Assembly: GCA_942491485.1 (NCBI GenBank)
Contig: CALOAX010000002.1
Coordinates: 717,821 to 781,820 of the forward strand
Length of the DNA stretch: 64,000 nt
DNA from: Desulfolunaceae bacterium
GTDB lineage: Bacteria; Desulfobacterota; Desulfobacteria; Desulfobacterales; Desulfolunaceae
Reading direction: 5' to 3'
Shown here in pieces: positions 47,269 through 58,036 of this stretch. Within the stretch, counting starts at the first letter, position 1, and each line of letters starts with the position of its first letter. A model generated the notes under the pieces. The model was not told where the DNA came from. It worked only from the letters and a program-made list of their open reading frames with translations, and did not search any database. The translations under genes and the position numbers were made by a program.

Positions 47269-50010
47269 ATGCGGTTTAAAAAAACAGTGCCCATGCCGGG
47301 TTTTTGGAAGCAAAGCCTGATGGCTCGCATAGCCGGATCCTTCCTGCTCCTCTCCCTGGCCATTGTGAGCCTGGTGGGATATATCGCCTACCTCCAAGGT
47401 ACGGAAGCCCTCAAGGCATCTGTTTTCGATCGCCTGAACACTGTGGCGACATTCAAAGCGGGCGAGCTGAACCGCTGGGTGGATGACCGAATTTTCGATG
47501 TGGCGTTTCTTGCGAGTCTGTCCGAAATACAGGGGCCGGCGGAAACGCTCCTCAAATATGACAAGACGGAGCCTGCATACCAGGCGGCTTCCGACTCGTT
47601 TATCGGGTTTACGGAAAAAATCCTGACCGGAAGGTTCGACCCCAGGGAAATCTTTATTCTCACCGATGCAGGCGGAAAGATCGTTGCCTCCACCGATCCG
47701 TCCCGGGAAGGCCTCTACAGGCCAAAGGACATCTATTTCACCCGGGGGCGCCAGGGTACTTATGCGCAAGGCGTCTACGCATCGCCCATGACCCTGAAAC
47801 CGACGCTGACCATCGCCACCCCCCTTCTCGATGAATCCGGACAGCAGCGACTGGGTGTGCTCGCCGTGCACATGAACCTGGATCACATGGATCAAATCGT
47901 CAGGAACTCTGAAGGCTTAGGCAAAACAGGTGAATCCTACCTGGTGGATTCATTGAACGTCTTTGTGTCGGCAGACCGTTTTGGTCGCCTCGAGTTTCCA
48001 CGCGGTGTTCATACCGAGGGCATCGACACCGCCCTGGCGGGCCGCAATGGTGCCGGGCTCTACCGGAACTACGCCGGAGTCCCGGTCATCGGCGTCTACC
48101 GCTGGCTGGAGGAACGGCAACTGGCCCTGCTGGTGGAAATGAGCCGGGAGGAGGCCTTTGCGCCGGCCCGGGAACTGGCCCTGAACATCCTCTTGGTGGG
48201 GGTTGCCTCCGCCCTGTTGCTCACCCTGGGCGTCCATGGACTGGCACGCCGAATCGTGAGACCCATCCGGAAAATCGCCGACACGGCCATGCAGGTGGCC
48301 GAAGGGGACCTGGAGTCGGTTGTGCCTGTCCCGACGGAAGACGAGGTGGGCATTCTGGCACGTTCCTTCAACCAGATGGTCGAACAGGTGAAAAAAAACC
48401 GGGAGCATCTAGAAGAACGTGTTGCCGAACGCACCGTGGATCTCAAGAAATCCAATGCCAGACTCCAGCATGAAGTTGCGGTGCGCAAGCAGGCGGAGGG
48501 TGAGGTCCTCAAGCTCAACGAAGGGCTCGAACACCGGGTTACCGAGCGCACGTCGGAACTGTCCGTGGCCAACCGCCTGCTGCAACAGGCCAAAGAGTCG
48601 GCCGAGGCAGCGAGCCGGGCCAAGAGCCGTTTTCTTGCCAACATGAGCCATGAGCTTCGAACCCCCTTAAACATCATCCTGGGTTTCTCCCACCTCCTGA
48701 ACCGGGACGTACGTACCCCCCCTGATCAGCAGGAATCTCTCAAGACAATCACGAGAAGCGGTGAGCATTTGCTCGCTCTTATCAACGACATCCTGGAGAT
48801 GTCCAAGATAGAGGCCGGCAGAACCACCTTGAGGAAAGAGGGCTTTGACCTTCACCGCACCCTTGAAGGCATCGAAAAGATGATGCGCAACCGCACCGAT
48901 GACAAAGGGTTGCACCTCACCATCCAGACGCCCACGGACCTGCCCAGGTACATCCGCACCGATGAAACCAAATTGCGCCAGGTGCTCGTCAACCTGCTGG
49001 GCAATGCCATTAAGTTTACGGACAAAGGCGGTGTCACCCTTCGGGCATGGTGGAAAAAAAGGAACCAGGACCCCCGCCTCTTCTTTGAAATCGAAGACAC
49101 GGGAGTCGGCATTGAACAAAGCGAGGCAGGGATCATCTTCAATGCCTTTTCCCAGACGGGGTTCAGCGACAAGGCCCGTGAGGGGACCGGCCTTGGGCTT
49201 GCAATCAGCAAGCAGTATGTCCATCTCATGGGGGGCAATATTTCCGCGGAGAGGCGTGAGGAGAAGGGGTCTATTTTCCGATTCGACATCCAATTCGAGC
49301 CAGCGGACATGGCTGAAATCACGGTGAAGCAACCAGCCCGCCGAGTGCTCGGGCTGCAGCCAAACCAGCAGGCCTGGCGGATCCTCATTGTTGAAAACAA
49401 CCCGGAAAGCCGTGAATTGCTGAAGAAACTCCTCACAGCGGTGGGCTTTGACGTACGGGAGGCGGAAAATGGCCAGGTAGGGCTCACGCTGTTTGACACG
49501 TGGAAACCACACCTCATCTGGATGGACCTGAAGATGCCGGTGATGGACGGCTATGAAACCACCCGAACGATCAAATCACGTCCCACGGGACAGACAACCA
49601 AGGTCATTGCCCTTACCGCCAGCTCCTTTGACGAACAAAAGGCTGACGCCCTCGCTTCCGGCTGCGACGATTTTATCAGCAAGCCCTTTGGTGAGGCGGA
49701 CATCTTCGGCACCATGGAGAGACACCTCGGGGTGCGGTATCTCTATGAAGACGACCACCCCCTGCCCGATGCCGCTGTGCCTTCCGGCAAAGCGACAGCC
49801 CTGGCTGGCCCCAAGCCCCTGGCCATGCTGCCGAACAACTTGCTGAGCGAGCTGTCCGATGCGGCAACGGCCTGTGATGTCCAAAAGGTGGCATCGATCA
49901 TAGGCCGGGTCCGAACAATCGATGGCCCCATCGCCGATGCCCTAACGGACCTGGCGAACGCTTTTCAATATGATGAGATTCTCCTATTGATTAGAACACA
50001 TACCGCCTGA
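47269..50010 (+). CDS. Hybrid sensor histidine kinase (Cache-HAMP-HisKA-HATPase-REC)
   Basis: [33 protein letters not shown] and [11 protein letters not shown]. Confidence 0.95.
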   Translation: MRFKKTVPMPGFWKQSLMARIAGSFLLLSLAIVSLVGYIAYLQGTEALKASVFDRLNTVATFKAGELNRWVDDRIFDVAFLASLSEIQGPAETLLKYDKTEPAYQAASDSFIGFTEKILTGRFDPREIFILTDAGGKIVASTDPSREGLYRPKDIYFTRGRQGTYAQGVYASPMTLKPTLTIATPLLDESGQQRLGVLAVHMNLDHMDQIVRNSEGLGKTGESYLVDSLNVFVSADRFGRLEFPRGVHTEGIDTALAGRNGAGLYRNYAGVPVIGVYRWLEERQLALLVEMSREEAFAPARELALNILLVGVASALLLTLGVHGLARRIVRPIRKIADTAMQVAEGDLESVVPVPTEDEVGILARSFNQMVEQVKKNREHLEERVAERTVDLKKSNARLQHEVAVRKQAEGEVLKLNEGLEHRVTERTSELSVANRLLQQAKESAEAASRAKSRFLANMSHELRTPLNIILGFSHLLNRDVRTPPDQQESLKTITRSGEHLLALINDILEMSKIEAGRTTLRKEGFDLHRTLEGIEKMMRNRTDDKGLHLTIQTPTDLPRYIRTDETKLRQVLVNLLGNAIKFTDKGGVTLRAWWKKRNQDPRLFFEIEDTGVGIEQSEAGIIFNAFSQTGFSDKAREGTGLGLAISKQYVHLMGGNISAERREEKGSIFRFDIQFEPADMAEITVKQPARRVLGLQPNQQAWRILIVENNPESRELLKKLLTAVGFDVREAENGQVGLTLFDTWKPHLIWMDLKMPVMDGYETTRTIKSRPTGQTTKVIALTASSFDEQKADALASGCDDFISKPFGEADIFGTMERHLGVRYLYEDDHPLPDAAVPSGKATALAGPKPLAMLPNNLLSELSDAATACDVQKVASIIGRVRTIDGPIADALTDLANAFQYDEILLLIRTHTA

Positions 50011-50014
50011 CTTA

Positions 50015-50187
50015 TGCCTCCGGCGGGTCGCTTTTTGAAATGAGCCCCGAAAACTTTCAGGGTGCTGCATACTTGTAAAAAAAACACCAGATGATTTGTC
50101 GCAATGGATAGTGCTATCCGAAACAGGTTTTAAAAACTGTTTGTCAAACTTTTCAGAAGTTTGGCCCCCGGCAGGGCCGCCGGAGGC
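50015..50187. repeat. TGCCTCCGG-family doublet
   Basis: TGCCTCCGGCGG...CAAACTTTTCAGAAGTTTGGCCCCCGGCAGGGCCGCCGGAGGC. Confidence 0.8.
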
Positions 50188-50208
50188 GCATTCGTACGGA
50201 GATGATAC

Positions 50209-51189
50209 ATGGAGATTGATCAAACCCTTTCGGAAAACGTGGATCACGCGAAGGGAAATATTCTCGTGGTTGACGACAACCCGGAAAACCTCAGGATTCT
50301 TGTGCAGTTGCTGACAGATGCCGGCTACAAGGTGCTTGCGGCGTCCAAGGGGTCTCTGGCCTTGGGAGCCGTGGAACGCTCCCTGCCAGACCTGATCCTT
50401 CTTGATATCAAGATGTCGGGCATGGACGGGTATGAGGTGTGCCGTCGGCTGAAAAAAGATAAAAAAGCATCCGAGATCCCCGTTATTTTCATCAGCGCCC
50501 TGGATGATGCAGAAGACAAGGTCAAAGGGTTTGAGCTTGGCTGCGCAGATTACATCACGAAGCCGTTTCAGTTTGAAGAGGTCCTGGCCCGCGTCCAGGC
50601 GCACTTAGGTTTTTTCAAACTCAAAAAGCAACTCAACGAAAAAATCGGCCTGCTCCACCATGAAATCTTCGAACGCCAGCGCGTGGAAGTGATGCTGCAG
50701 AAAAAGCATGATCAGATGGAACAGGAGGTGGCCCAGCGCACGGCAGAGCTGAGGGAAAAATCACGGCACCTTGAAGAGGTCAACCAGGCCCTCAAAGCCA
50801 TGCTGGATCACAGGGACCTCGAAAAACGGGCCATTGAGGACAACATGGCGGTCAACCTGAAAAAATACGTCAACCCCTACCTCGAGCAGATGCGAAAAAC
50901 AACAGATGAGGAAGAGAACAAAACCTGCCTCAAGATTATTGAGACAAACCTCAATGAGCTGGTGGTACCGATCCGCAACAGCATCTCATCGAAGTACATG
51001 GACTTAACCCCCACGGAAATCAAGGTTGCAGACCTCATCCGGCAGGACAAGGGAACCAAAGAAATAGCCGAGCACCTGAACCTGTCCATCAGCACCGTGT
51101 CAAACTTCAGGCACAACATCAGAAAGAAACTGGGACTGAACAACAAGAAAACAAACCTGAAAACCTATCTGTCGACACTTGCGCCTTGA
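50209..51189 (+). CDS. Response regulator (REC, coiled coil, LuxR HTH)
   Basis: ILVVDD, LLDIKMS and LTPTEIKVA...RHNIRKKLG. Confidence 0.93.
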   Translation: MEIDQTLSENVDHAKGNILVVDDNPENLRILVQLLTDAGYKVLAASKGSLALGAVERSLPDLILLDIKMSGMDGYEVCRRLKKDKKASEIPVIFISALDDAEDKVKGFELGCADYITKPFQFEEVLARVQAHLGFFKLKKQLNEKIGLLHHEIFERQRVEVMLQKKHDQMEQEVAQRTAELREKSRHLEEVNQALKAMLDHRDLEKRAIEDNMAVNLKKYVNPYLEQMRKTTDEEENKTCLKIIETNLNELVVPIRNSISSKYMDLTPTEIKVADLIRQDKGTKEIAEHLNLSISTVSNFRHNIRKKLGLNNKKTNLKTYLSTLAP

Positions 51190-51205
51190 ATTCAAAGGAA
51201 AGACC

Positions 51206-52372
51206 ATGTTGAAACTGCGTTTTTTTTCATCCCAACTCTTGCCCACACTGGTGCTGAGCCTTTTGACAGTCGGACTGTCTGCCTGCTCACCCCCTCCCCA
51301 ACCTTCGGAGCTGAGGATTGGCGTCATTGCCCCCATCACCGGGGATTCGGATGCGAGATGGGGTAAATCCTACGTCAACGGGGCCATGCTTGCCGCCAGC
51401 GACGTCAATGACAAAGGCGGCCTGAAGGTTGGCGGACGAAAACTAAAGGTCACCCTCACCTTTGCCGACAGCCAGGGCAATCCGCAGATCGCGCTGAATG
51501 TCGCCCGGAAGCTCATCAGCCGATACAACGTGGCGGCCCTTGTGGGTGCCCCCCGCAATCAGGTCGCCATTCCTGTGGCCACCCTTGCTGAAAGCCGGCG
51601 CATCCCGTTTATCACGACCATGGGAACCCATCCGGATATCACAGACGGCAAAACGTTTACGTTTCGGACCATCTTCACCGACACCTTCCAGGCAGAGGCC
51701 CTGGCTCGTTTTGCCATCAATGACCTTGGCACCAAAAAAGCCGCCGTGTTGTTCGAGGTGACCAGCGGCGACAGCAGCAGCCTGGCCCGCCTCTTCAAAA
51801 AGAAGTTTGAAGCCAATGGCGGCACGGTGGTTGCCTTCGAGCGCTATATCTCCGGCGAAAAGACATGGGCCCGCCAGTTCGAGGCCATCCGGGACACGGA
51901 TGCCCAACTCCTGTTCCTGCCCAATTCCGGGAATGAGGTGCCCCGCCAGGCAAGGCTGGCGCGAAAGGCCGGCATCGAGAGCCCCCTTTTGGGCGGAGAC
52001 GACTGGTGGGGAATTGAAACGGGGAAAGACCGCGCCACACTGGAGGGCGGGTTCTTCAGCACAGACTATGCCCTTGATCTGGACAGCGTGCAGAATCGAG
52101 AGTTTTTAGCCTCCTACCGCGAACGCTACAAGGTGGACCCCAACGACAATGCCGCCCATATCTACGACGCCCTGGGCCTGCTCTTCAACGTCATCGTTGA
52201 GCAGGGCAGCGCCGACCCCGAAGCCATCCGGACAGGGCTGGCAGGAACCCGGGACTACATCGGTGTCACCGGGGCCATGCACTTTGAAGGCACCGGTGAC
52301 CCTGTAAAGAGTGCCGAGATTATTCAGGTCAAAGGGGGCCGGTTTGTCGTGTTTAAAACCATCGATCCATGA
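51206..52372 (+). CDS. LivJ/LivK-type periplasmic solute-binding lipoprotein (no permease genes nearby)
   Basis: LSAC lipobox, LRIGVIAPITG, LLGGDDW and GVTG. Confidence 0.88.
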   Translation: MLKLRFFSSQLLPTLVLSLLTVGLSACSPPPQPSELRIGVIAPITGDSDARWGKSYVNGAMLAASDVNDKGGLKVGGRKLKVTLTFADSQGNPQIALNVARKLISRYNVAALVGAPRNQVAIPVATLAESRRIPFITTMGTHPDITDGKTFTFRTIFTDTFQAEALARFAINDLGTKKAAVLFEVTSGDSSSLARLFKKKFEANGGTVVAFERYISGEKTWARQFEAIRDTDAQLLFLPNSGNEVPRQARLARKAGIESPLLGGDDWWGIETGKDRATLEGGFFSTDYALDLDSVQNREFLASYRERYKVDPNDNAAHIYDALGLLFNVIVEQGSADPEAIRTGLAGTRDYIGVTGAMHFEGTGDPVKSAEIIQVKGGRFVVFKTIDP

Positions 52373-52431
52373 CAACGGACAGGGCGGGTATATTAGTGGG
52401 GCTTGCGTATACTGTCCATATGGACTCAATG

Positions 52432-53680
52432 GGGGACAGGTTCTTTATGTTCCAGGCAAATTATTCCACGAAGGCACATGTATTTTCACCCACCACAACT
52501 AAATAATCCGGCCATAAGGCCATAACACTTGACTGATATACAGCAAGGTACAGCCGTGCTCATCTCACCCGGGCATCTAATGTCAAATCTATACTGTCGG
52601 AATTATGAAGCAGGACTTTCAGGTTTGCGGCAACCGTTTTAGAGAGAACATCCCTTCAATGCCTTTCACGGCCTTCGGTATTTTTTCTCTTTTGCATTGA
52701 AAACGATCTTTAAATGTCTCATACGTTGTCTCTACAAAAGCCCTGGACCCTATGATACCAGAATCCGTAAAATATCGGGTTCTGTATCTAAACCGCCTTT
52801 GCCGGGTAAGCTCGAAACCATCGGCTGTCTCCCCATCGACAACCTTCTTCGAGAGCCTCGCCCGCCCCCTCTTCTCAATGGCCCCCACATGGTAGAGAAA
52901 CTCCCGGTATTTTTTGAGTCGTGTTGAAAGGTCATCCGACCCGAAGTCCGACAGCCCAAAGTCCAACGAAAGAAAGCCATCTCTGTTTCCTGTCTGGGCA
53001 TGGTATCCAATGGAACACCAGCGATAATCTTCCGGCCGTTTCACAATCCCCGCGCGCACCGCATTCAAGTCGATATACGCAAGGCAATTGATCAGCGTGT
53101 TCCCCTGCTGAACGATGACGCTCTTGAAGCGCTCTCCCCAGAGGGTCCCCTTTCGCTTCTTTCGTTTGTTATAGAAATTGGAAAAGGTCTGCTTAATATC
53201 CTTCATATACGCTGACAGACTGGAAAACCTCTCCCGAAAATCCCCCATACGCCCCTCAGGAAACTCCGCCTTCTCGCCATAAAGCAGTTGAAACCGACGC
53301 CGCACCTCTTCATCCGAAACCATCACTCCGGGACTCACCTCAACAAGCACGTGAAAATGATTCCCCATAACCGCATACCCAAGAACCTCAACGGCATAAA
53401 CGGATGAAAATCGCCGAATGATCCTCACCAGCTCGTCCTTCTCAGGCTTTTTAAATGGAAGGCCATCCAATGCAGTTCTGCTGATCACATGATACGCGGC
53501 CTTTTGGCCTGAGTCCGTGACGACCATACGGGAAACTCGTGGCATAGCACCCCTCCCTGGTCTTTCTATAATGTCGTGTGGGTTACAAAGATTGGATTTC
53601 GATATAATTAAGGACAGATAGTTCTTTTTGAACTATCTCACAAAAGGCTGCGGGGCGTCCAGCATAAAGAGCCTGTCCCC
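52432..53680 (-). mobile_element. HUH/Y1 transposase module bounded by GGGGACAG inverted repeats (TIRYT/RAYT-like)
   Basis: GGGGACAGGTTCTTTATG (52432-52449) and CATAAAGAGCCTGTCCCC (53663-53680), 17/18 inverted match. Confidence 0.75.
52619..53545 (-). CDS. REP-associated-type tyrosine (Y1, HUH) transposase
   Basis: MPR..., YHVISR, MGNHFHVLV (HUH), GTLWGERFKS, AYIDLNAVRAGIV..PEDYRWCS. Confidence 0.9.
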   Translation of the reverse strand: MPRVSRMVVTDSGQKAAYHVISRTALDGLPFKKPEKDELVRIIRRFSSVYAVEVLGYAVMGNHFHVLVEVSPGVMVSDEEVRRRFQLLYGEKAEFPEGRMGDFRERFSSLSAYMKDIKQTFSNFYNKRKKRKGTLWGERFKSVIVQQGNTLINCLAYIDLNAVRAGIVKRPEDYRWCSIGYHAQTGNRDGFLSLDFGLSDFGSDDLSTRLKKYREFLYHVGAIEKRGRARLSKKVVDGETADGFELTRQRRFRYRTRYFTDSGIIGSRAFVETTYETFKDRFQCKREKIPKAVKGIEGMFSLKRLPQT

Positions 53681-53791
53681 ATCTGAATCTGAAGTCCCCA
53701 ACTGACTAACTGAATTTTTTTGCCTGCCCCGGAAGAGTGGGCTTGGCAAACAGGTCTTCATAGATAATTTCGGATTCGCGTCCAACAAAAG

Positions 53792-53865
53792 GCGAATGTG
53801 ATTTGACCCGAGGAACGAGGGGCAAAGCACATTCGCAACCAGCTTTCAAGGTGGCTCACCTTGCC
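53792..53865 (-). repeat. TGCCTCCGG-family partial arm
   Basis: GCGAATGTG...GAGGAACGAGG...CATTCGC...TTTCAAGGTGGCTCACCTTG. Confidence 0.8.
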
Positions 53866-53875
53866 CCCAGAAAAC

Positions 53876-53905
53876 AAAAAAGGCCCCTTCCGCAGAAAGG
53901 GCCTT
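53876..53905 (-). terminator. Intrinsic terminator of the tRNA operon
   Basis: AAGGCCCTTTC-TGCG-GAAGGGGCCTT followed by a T run. Confidence 0.85.
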
Positions 53906-53918
53906 GAATCTTCCAAAA

Positions 53919-53995
<77 letters not shown>

Positions 53996-54004
53996 AATGT
54001 GGTA

Positions 54005-54081
54005 TGGGGTGAGCGACGGGGCTTGAACCCGCGACAGCCGGAATCACAATCCGGGGCTCTACCAACTGAGCTACGCCCACC
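54005..54081 (-). tRNA. tRNA-His (anticodon GTG), G-1 encoded
   Basis: GGTGGGCGTAGCTCAGTTGGTAGAGC...TTGTGAT...GGTTCAAGCC...CACCCCA. Confidence 0.96.
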
Positions 54082-54096
54082 ACAAAAACCAAGACG

Positions 54097-54125
54097 CTTA
54101 TACCCGATGGTTCCGGCCATTTCAA
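54097..54125 (-). promoter_or_regulatory. sigma70 promoter of the tRNA operon
   Basis: TTGAAA-N17-TATAAG. Confidence 0.7.
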
Positions 54126-54399
54126 TGCTAAAAAGCACCCCGCGTGGATTATTCTTACGGGCCCATTTTTTTACCAACGCTTTGGCAGCCTTACAAGGCA
54201 AGGAAAAAGACACGCCTGCTCACCTGAGGAGAATCACCATCCGCCTTCGCACCTCTCTTCATTATGGTGTCCATTCAATCTTGCTGCTATAATTGGCGAG
54301 CCACATCAACAACGCTGGTCGAAACCTGTTTTGTGCCCACAACATGCCTGCTTCTAAATGCTTCCAGAGCCTTACCTGTCATATTGCCTTCACCTCCGA

Positions 54400-54487
54400 G
54401 CGAATGCCCCCAACATGATTGAAAAACAGCAACCTCCATGCATTCGCCATAGGGTTTCAAGGTGCCATCACCTTGCTATAGGAGGCA
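54400..54487 (-). repeat. TGCCTCCGG-family arm (degenerate)
   Basis: GCGAATGC-N32-GCATTCGCCATAGGGTTTCAAGGTGCCATCACCTTG...GGAGGCA. Confidence 0.75.
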
Positions 54488-54551
54488 CACACCGATTGTG
54501 ACGAGCCTGGAAAACGACAGCTCGGCGCACGAACAAGACTGGGAAGAATTC

Positions 54552-55985
54552 ATGATTGAAATCAAGGAAACAATCGCTGTCCTCAGGCCCATTGACGATG
54601 TCTTTCGTTATCTCAGTGACTTCACGAACATTGAGCAGTGGGACCCCGGCGTGGTGACGTCCGTGAATCTGTCAGGTGAACCGGTTCAGGTGGGAACACC
54701 CTTTGAGCTGACCTTGCGCTACCTGTTTTTCCCCATTCGAATGACCTACACCATCGCAGAGTACGCTCCCCCCCACAGGGTGGTTCTCAAGGGCGAGGGT
54801 GACTCCTTTGCCGTCACCGATACCATAGAGTTGTCACCAAACGGTCACGGGACAAGGGTGAGCTACACGGCATCCTTTGCTTTTCCCAACCTGTCGCCCC
54901 GCCTTCAAAAAATCATACGCCCGGCCTTGTCCCTCATCGGCAAAACGTCCATGTCCGGAATGAAAAAAGCCCTCTCCCCCGTGAACCGGGCGCCCCAGTC
55001 CGTGTCTCTCTTTTCCGCAGGGGTTCACCCTGTGGACGTGGCCGCAGATCGCCTGATTATTCCCGGCGCTCTGGGCTTCAGCAAATGGGGGTACAGCTTG
55101 AGCAACGTATTCTGGAGGGCCAACGCGGAGAGCCTCACAGGGCAAACCGTGGTGTTGACGGGGGCCACAGCGGGCATCGGAAAAGCTTCGGCCTTAGGGC
55201 TTGCCCAGCGGGGCGCCAGACTGACCTTCATCGCCCGGAACAGGGAAAAAGCCCTTGCCACTCAGAAAGAGCTCATCCAAAAAACAGGCAACGAGACCAT
55301 CGATTTTTACATCGCGGACTTAAGCCTCATGGCCGACGTGACGCGGGTCGCAAAAGAGATCCTGAACGACAAACCCGCCGTCGATGTGTTGATCAACAAC
55401 GCCGGTGCGCTGTTCTCCGAACATGCGGAAACCCCTGAGGGGCTTGAACGGTCCTTTGCCATCAACCTTCTGGGCCCCTTCATCCTGACCCGCCTCCTTC
55501 TGAAAGGGTTGGAAAAAGCAAAAAACCCCCGGATCATCAACGTCTCCTCCGGCGGAATGTACACCCAGAAAATTCATGTGGACGACATGGAGATGAGACG
55601 CCAGCCCTATGATGGAGCCACCGCCTACGCCTGGGCCAAGCGGAGCCTTGTCATCCTCACCGAACTCTGGGCTGATCAGCTCAACCACAAACCCATCTCC
55701 GTGCACGCCATGCACCCCGGATGGGTCGACACCCAAGGCCTTGCCGCCTCACTGCCCCGGTTTCACAAGCGGATCCGCCCCTTGCTGCGAACCCCGGCCC
55801 AAGGAGCCGATACCATCGTCTGGCTTGCCTCGGCCATGGAGCCGGGGCAGTGCTCCGGCCAGTTCTGGCTCGACAGACGGCCCCACCTCACCCATGTCTT
55901 CCCCGGAACCCGAGAAACAGACGACGAACGCAGGCAACTCTGGAAGGCCCTAGAAGAGCACGAGAGGCTGTTTCTACACAATTAA
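54552..55985 (+). CDS. SRPBCC/START-like domain fused to short-chain dehydrogenase
   Basis: N-terminal VFRYLSDFTNIEQWDPGV; TGATAGIG, NNAG, YAWAK and MHPGWVDT. Confidence 0.9.
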   Translation: MIEIKETIAVLRPIDDVFRYLSDFTNIEQWDPGVVTSVNLSGEPVQVGTPFELTLRYLFFPIRMTYTIAEYAPPHRVVLKGEGDSFAVTDTIELSPNGHGTRVSYTASFAFPNLSPRLQKIIRPALSLIGKTSMSGMKKALSPVNRAPQSVSLFSAGVHPVDVAADRLIIPGALGFSKWGYSLSNVFWRANAESLTGQTVVLTGATAGIGKASALGLAQRGARLTFIARNREKALATQKELIQKTGNETIDFYIADLSLMADVTRVAKEILNDKPAVDVLINNAGALFSEHAETPEGLERSFAINLLGPFILTRLLLKGLEKAKNPRIINVSSGGMYTQKIHVDDMEMRRQPYDGATAYAWAKRSLVILTELWADQLNHKPISVHAMHPGWVDTQGLAASLPRFHKRIRPLLRTPAQGADTIVWLASAMEPGQCSGQFWLDRRPHLTHVFPGTRETDDERRQLWKALEEHERLFLHN

Positions 55986-55990
55986 AAGCA

Positions 55991-56075
55991 TGCCTCCGGC
56001 GGCAAGGTGAGCCACCTTGAAAGCTGGTTGGCAACCTTTTCAAAAGGTTGACCCCCGGCAGGTCCGCCGGAGGCA
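55991..56075. repeat. Minimal (85-bp) TGCCTCCGG-family doublet
   Basis: TGCCTCCGGCGG...CAACCTTTTCAAAAGGTTG...CCGCCGGAGGCA inside an operon. Confidence 0.9.
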
Positions 56076-56099
56076 TGTTAACCTCTTACATGAAGGTCC

Positions 56100-56681
56100 A
56101 TGATGTCACCGATCAAACATCTTTTTCCGGCCATGGCGCTTGTTTTATTCACGGTTTTTCCAGCCCACGCCCTGGAGCCCGTCGCCACCATCGACGGAGT
56201 CCGCTTTGCCTTGAGCCACCAGGCAGACGACGTGAAGCTCAAACTCCGGGGCGTTGCCACGTTACGGTACCTGAAATTCATCAGGGCCTACGCCGGGGGC
56301 CTGTACATGCCTGAGACCGTCCGGTCCAAAGATGTGCTGTCGGATGTCCCAAAGCGCCTGGTTCTTGAGTACTTCCAGGACATCGAGGCCGAAGATTTTG
56401 CCGACGCAACGCGCACCATGGTGGAAAAGAACACCGACGCGGAGACTCGGTCCCGCATTGCTCCCGCCCTGAATCGCCTCTGCATGGCCTACCGGACGGT
56501 TGCCCCAAAAGATCGCTACGCACTCACCTACGTCCCTGGGAAGGGCCTGGACCTGTCCCTCAACGGCACCCTGCTGGGAACGTTTGAAGGGGCTGATTTC
56601 GCCCGGGCCATGTTTTCCATCTGGATCGGCCAAAAACCCATCGATAAAAAATTCAGAAACAGATTGCTGGGGCCACAATGA
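56100..56681 (+). CDS. Chalcone-isomerase-like secreted protein
   Basis: Signal peptide, LRGVATLRY...YAGGLY and FARAMFSIWIG...LLG. Confidence 0.85.
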   Translation: MMSPIKHLFPAMALVLFTVFPAHALEPVATIDGVRFALSHQADDVKLKLRGVATLRYLKFIRAYAGGLYMPETVRSKDVLSDVPKRLVLEYFQDIEAEDFADATRTMVEKNTDAETRSRIAPALNRLCMAYRTVAPKDRYALTYVPGKGLDLSLNGTLLGTFEGADFARAMFSIWIGQKPIDKKFRNRLLGPQ

Positions 56682-58036
56682 CACGTAAGGCAACGAAACT
56701 CGGCCTTCCCATCAAACTCGCCTATGCCCTGCCCGCCTTTGCCATGGCCGTGGTGGGAATCCCCATCTACATTTACATTCCCAAGTTTTATACAGACGTC
56801 ATCGGGCTGAACATCTCTGTGGTTGGGGCAGTCCTGCTCTCCTTAAGGGTGTTTGACGCCATCACCGACCCGCTGATGGGGCTGATTTCCGATCGAACTT
56901 CCACCCCCCACGGAAGACGGCGCCCCTACATTGCCGGAGGCTCCCTTCTCCTAGCGGCAAGCATCGTCTGCCTCTTCAACCCACCGGCCATGGGAATTCC
57001 AGCCACAACAGCATGGTTCCTGACCTGGCTTGCCCTGGTGTTTCTCTTCTGGACCCTGACGGTGGTCCCCTATGAATCCTTAGGACCGGAGCTCATCCAT
57101 GACTACCACGAACGAACGGTGCTCTTCGGGTATCGGGACGGCTTTCTCATCGCAGGAACCATGGTGGCCGCTACGGCCCCGGTCGTCATCCGCTCCCTCC
57201 TGGCGGATGCCAACGCCCCGGACGCGGATCAAGCCGTCTTTTTCATCATGTCCATCATCTACGCGCCGCTTATTGTCTGCTGCTGCGGGATCTGTTTTTT
57301 CGTCGTCAAAGAAGCCGACCCCACAAAAAAAAGGACGTCTTTTAAGCTCCGGGAGAGCCTTGCAACCACCTTTCAGAACAAGCCCTTCTGCATCCTCCTC
57401 CTGGCTTTTTCATTCAGTGCTGTGGCAGCTCAAATGCCCGCCACCCTCATCCTCTTTTATGTGGAGTATGTCCTTGAATCCTCCAAGGCGGAGCTGTTTC
57501 TGCTGATCTATTTCGTCTCAGGCATCGCCCTTCTCCCCGCCTGGATCTGGGTATCCAGGCGCATCGGGAAAAAAGCGGCCTGGATGATCTCCATGGGAAT
57601 CAACACCGGGGCTTTTTTCTATGTGTTCTGGCTTGGGCCTGGGGACGAGTGGTTGTACGGGGTTCTGGTCTTTGTCTCGGGCATCGGGTTTGGGGCCGGC
57701 CTTGCTCTGCCATCGGCACTGACAGCCGATGTCATCGATTACGACCAGGCATTCAGCGGTGAACGCCGGGAGGGGCAATACATAGGAATCTTTTCCGTGG
57801 CGAAAAAAATGGCCGGTGCAGCTGGCGCTGGCATCGGCCTATGGGCTCTCGGGCTTTTCGGGTATGTCCCCGGCCAGCCCCAAAGCCCCGAGGTCGTACT
57901 CGCGTTGCGTACCCTCTACGCCCTCGTCCCCTGCATTTTAAGTATCGTGGCCTTTCTCATCGCCGGGTTCTACCCCCTGTCAGAAGCCCGTCATCAAGAA
58001 ATTTTGAAGCAGTTGCATAAAAGGGAACAGGGTTGA
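56678..58036 (+). CDS. MFS/GPH-family transporter
   Basis: RVFDAITDPLMGLISD...GRRRPY and ADVIDYD...ERREG. Confidence 0.92.
   Translation: MTRKATKLGLPIKLAYALPAFAMAVVGIPIYIYIPKFYTDVIGLNISVVGAVLLSLRVFDAITDPLMGLISDRTSTPHGRRRPYIAGGSLLLAASIVCLFNPPAMGIPATTAWFLTWLALVFLFWTLTVVPYESLGPELIHDYHERTVLFGYRDGFLIAGTMVAATAPVVIRSLLADANAPDADQAVFFIMSIIYAPLIVCCCGICFFVVKEADPTKKRTSFKLRESLATTFQNKPFCILLLAFSFSAVAAQMPATLILFYVEYVLESSKAELFLLIYFVSGIALLPAWIWVSRRIGKKAAWMISMGINTGAFFYVFWLGPGDEWLYGVLVFVSGIGFGAGLALPSALTADVIDYDQAFSGERREGQYIGIFSVAKKMAGAAGAGIGLWALGLFGYVPGQPQSPEVVLALRTLYALVPCILSIVAFLIAGFYPLSEARHQEILKQLHKREQG

Noticed and set aside
52619-53545. Claim that this Y1 transposase mobilises the TGCCTCCGG repeats
   Set aside because: Its flanks carry a different motif, and the only clear mobility evidence for the repeats (an 8-bp duplication) points to a DDE enzyme.
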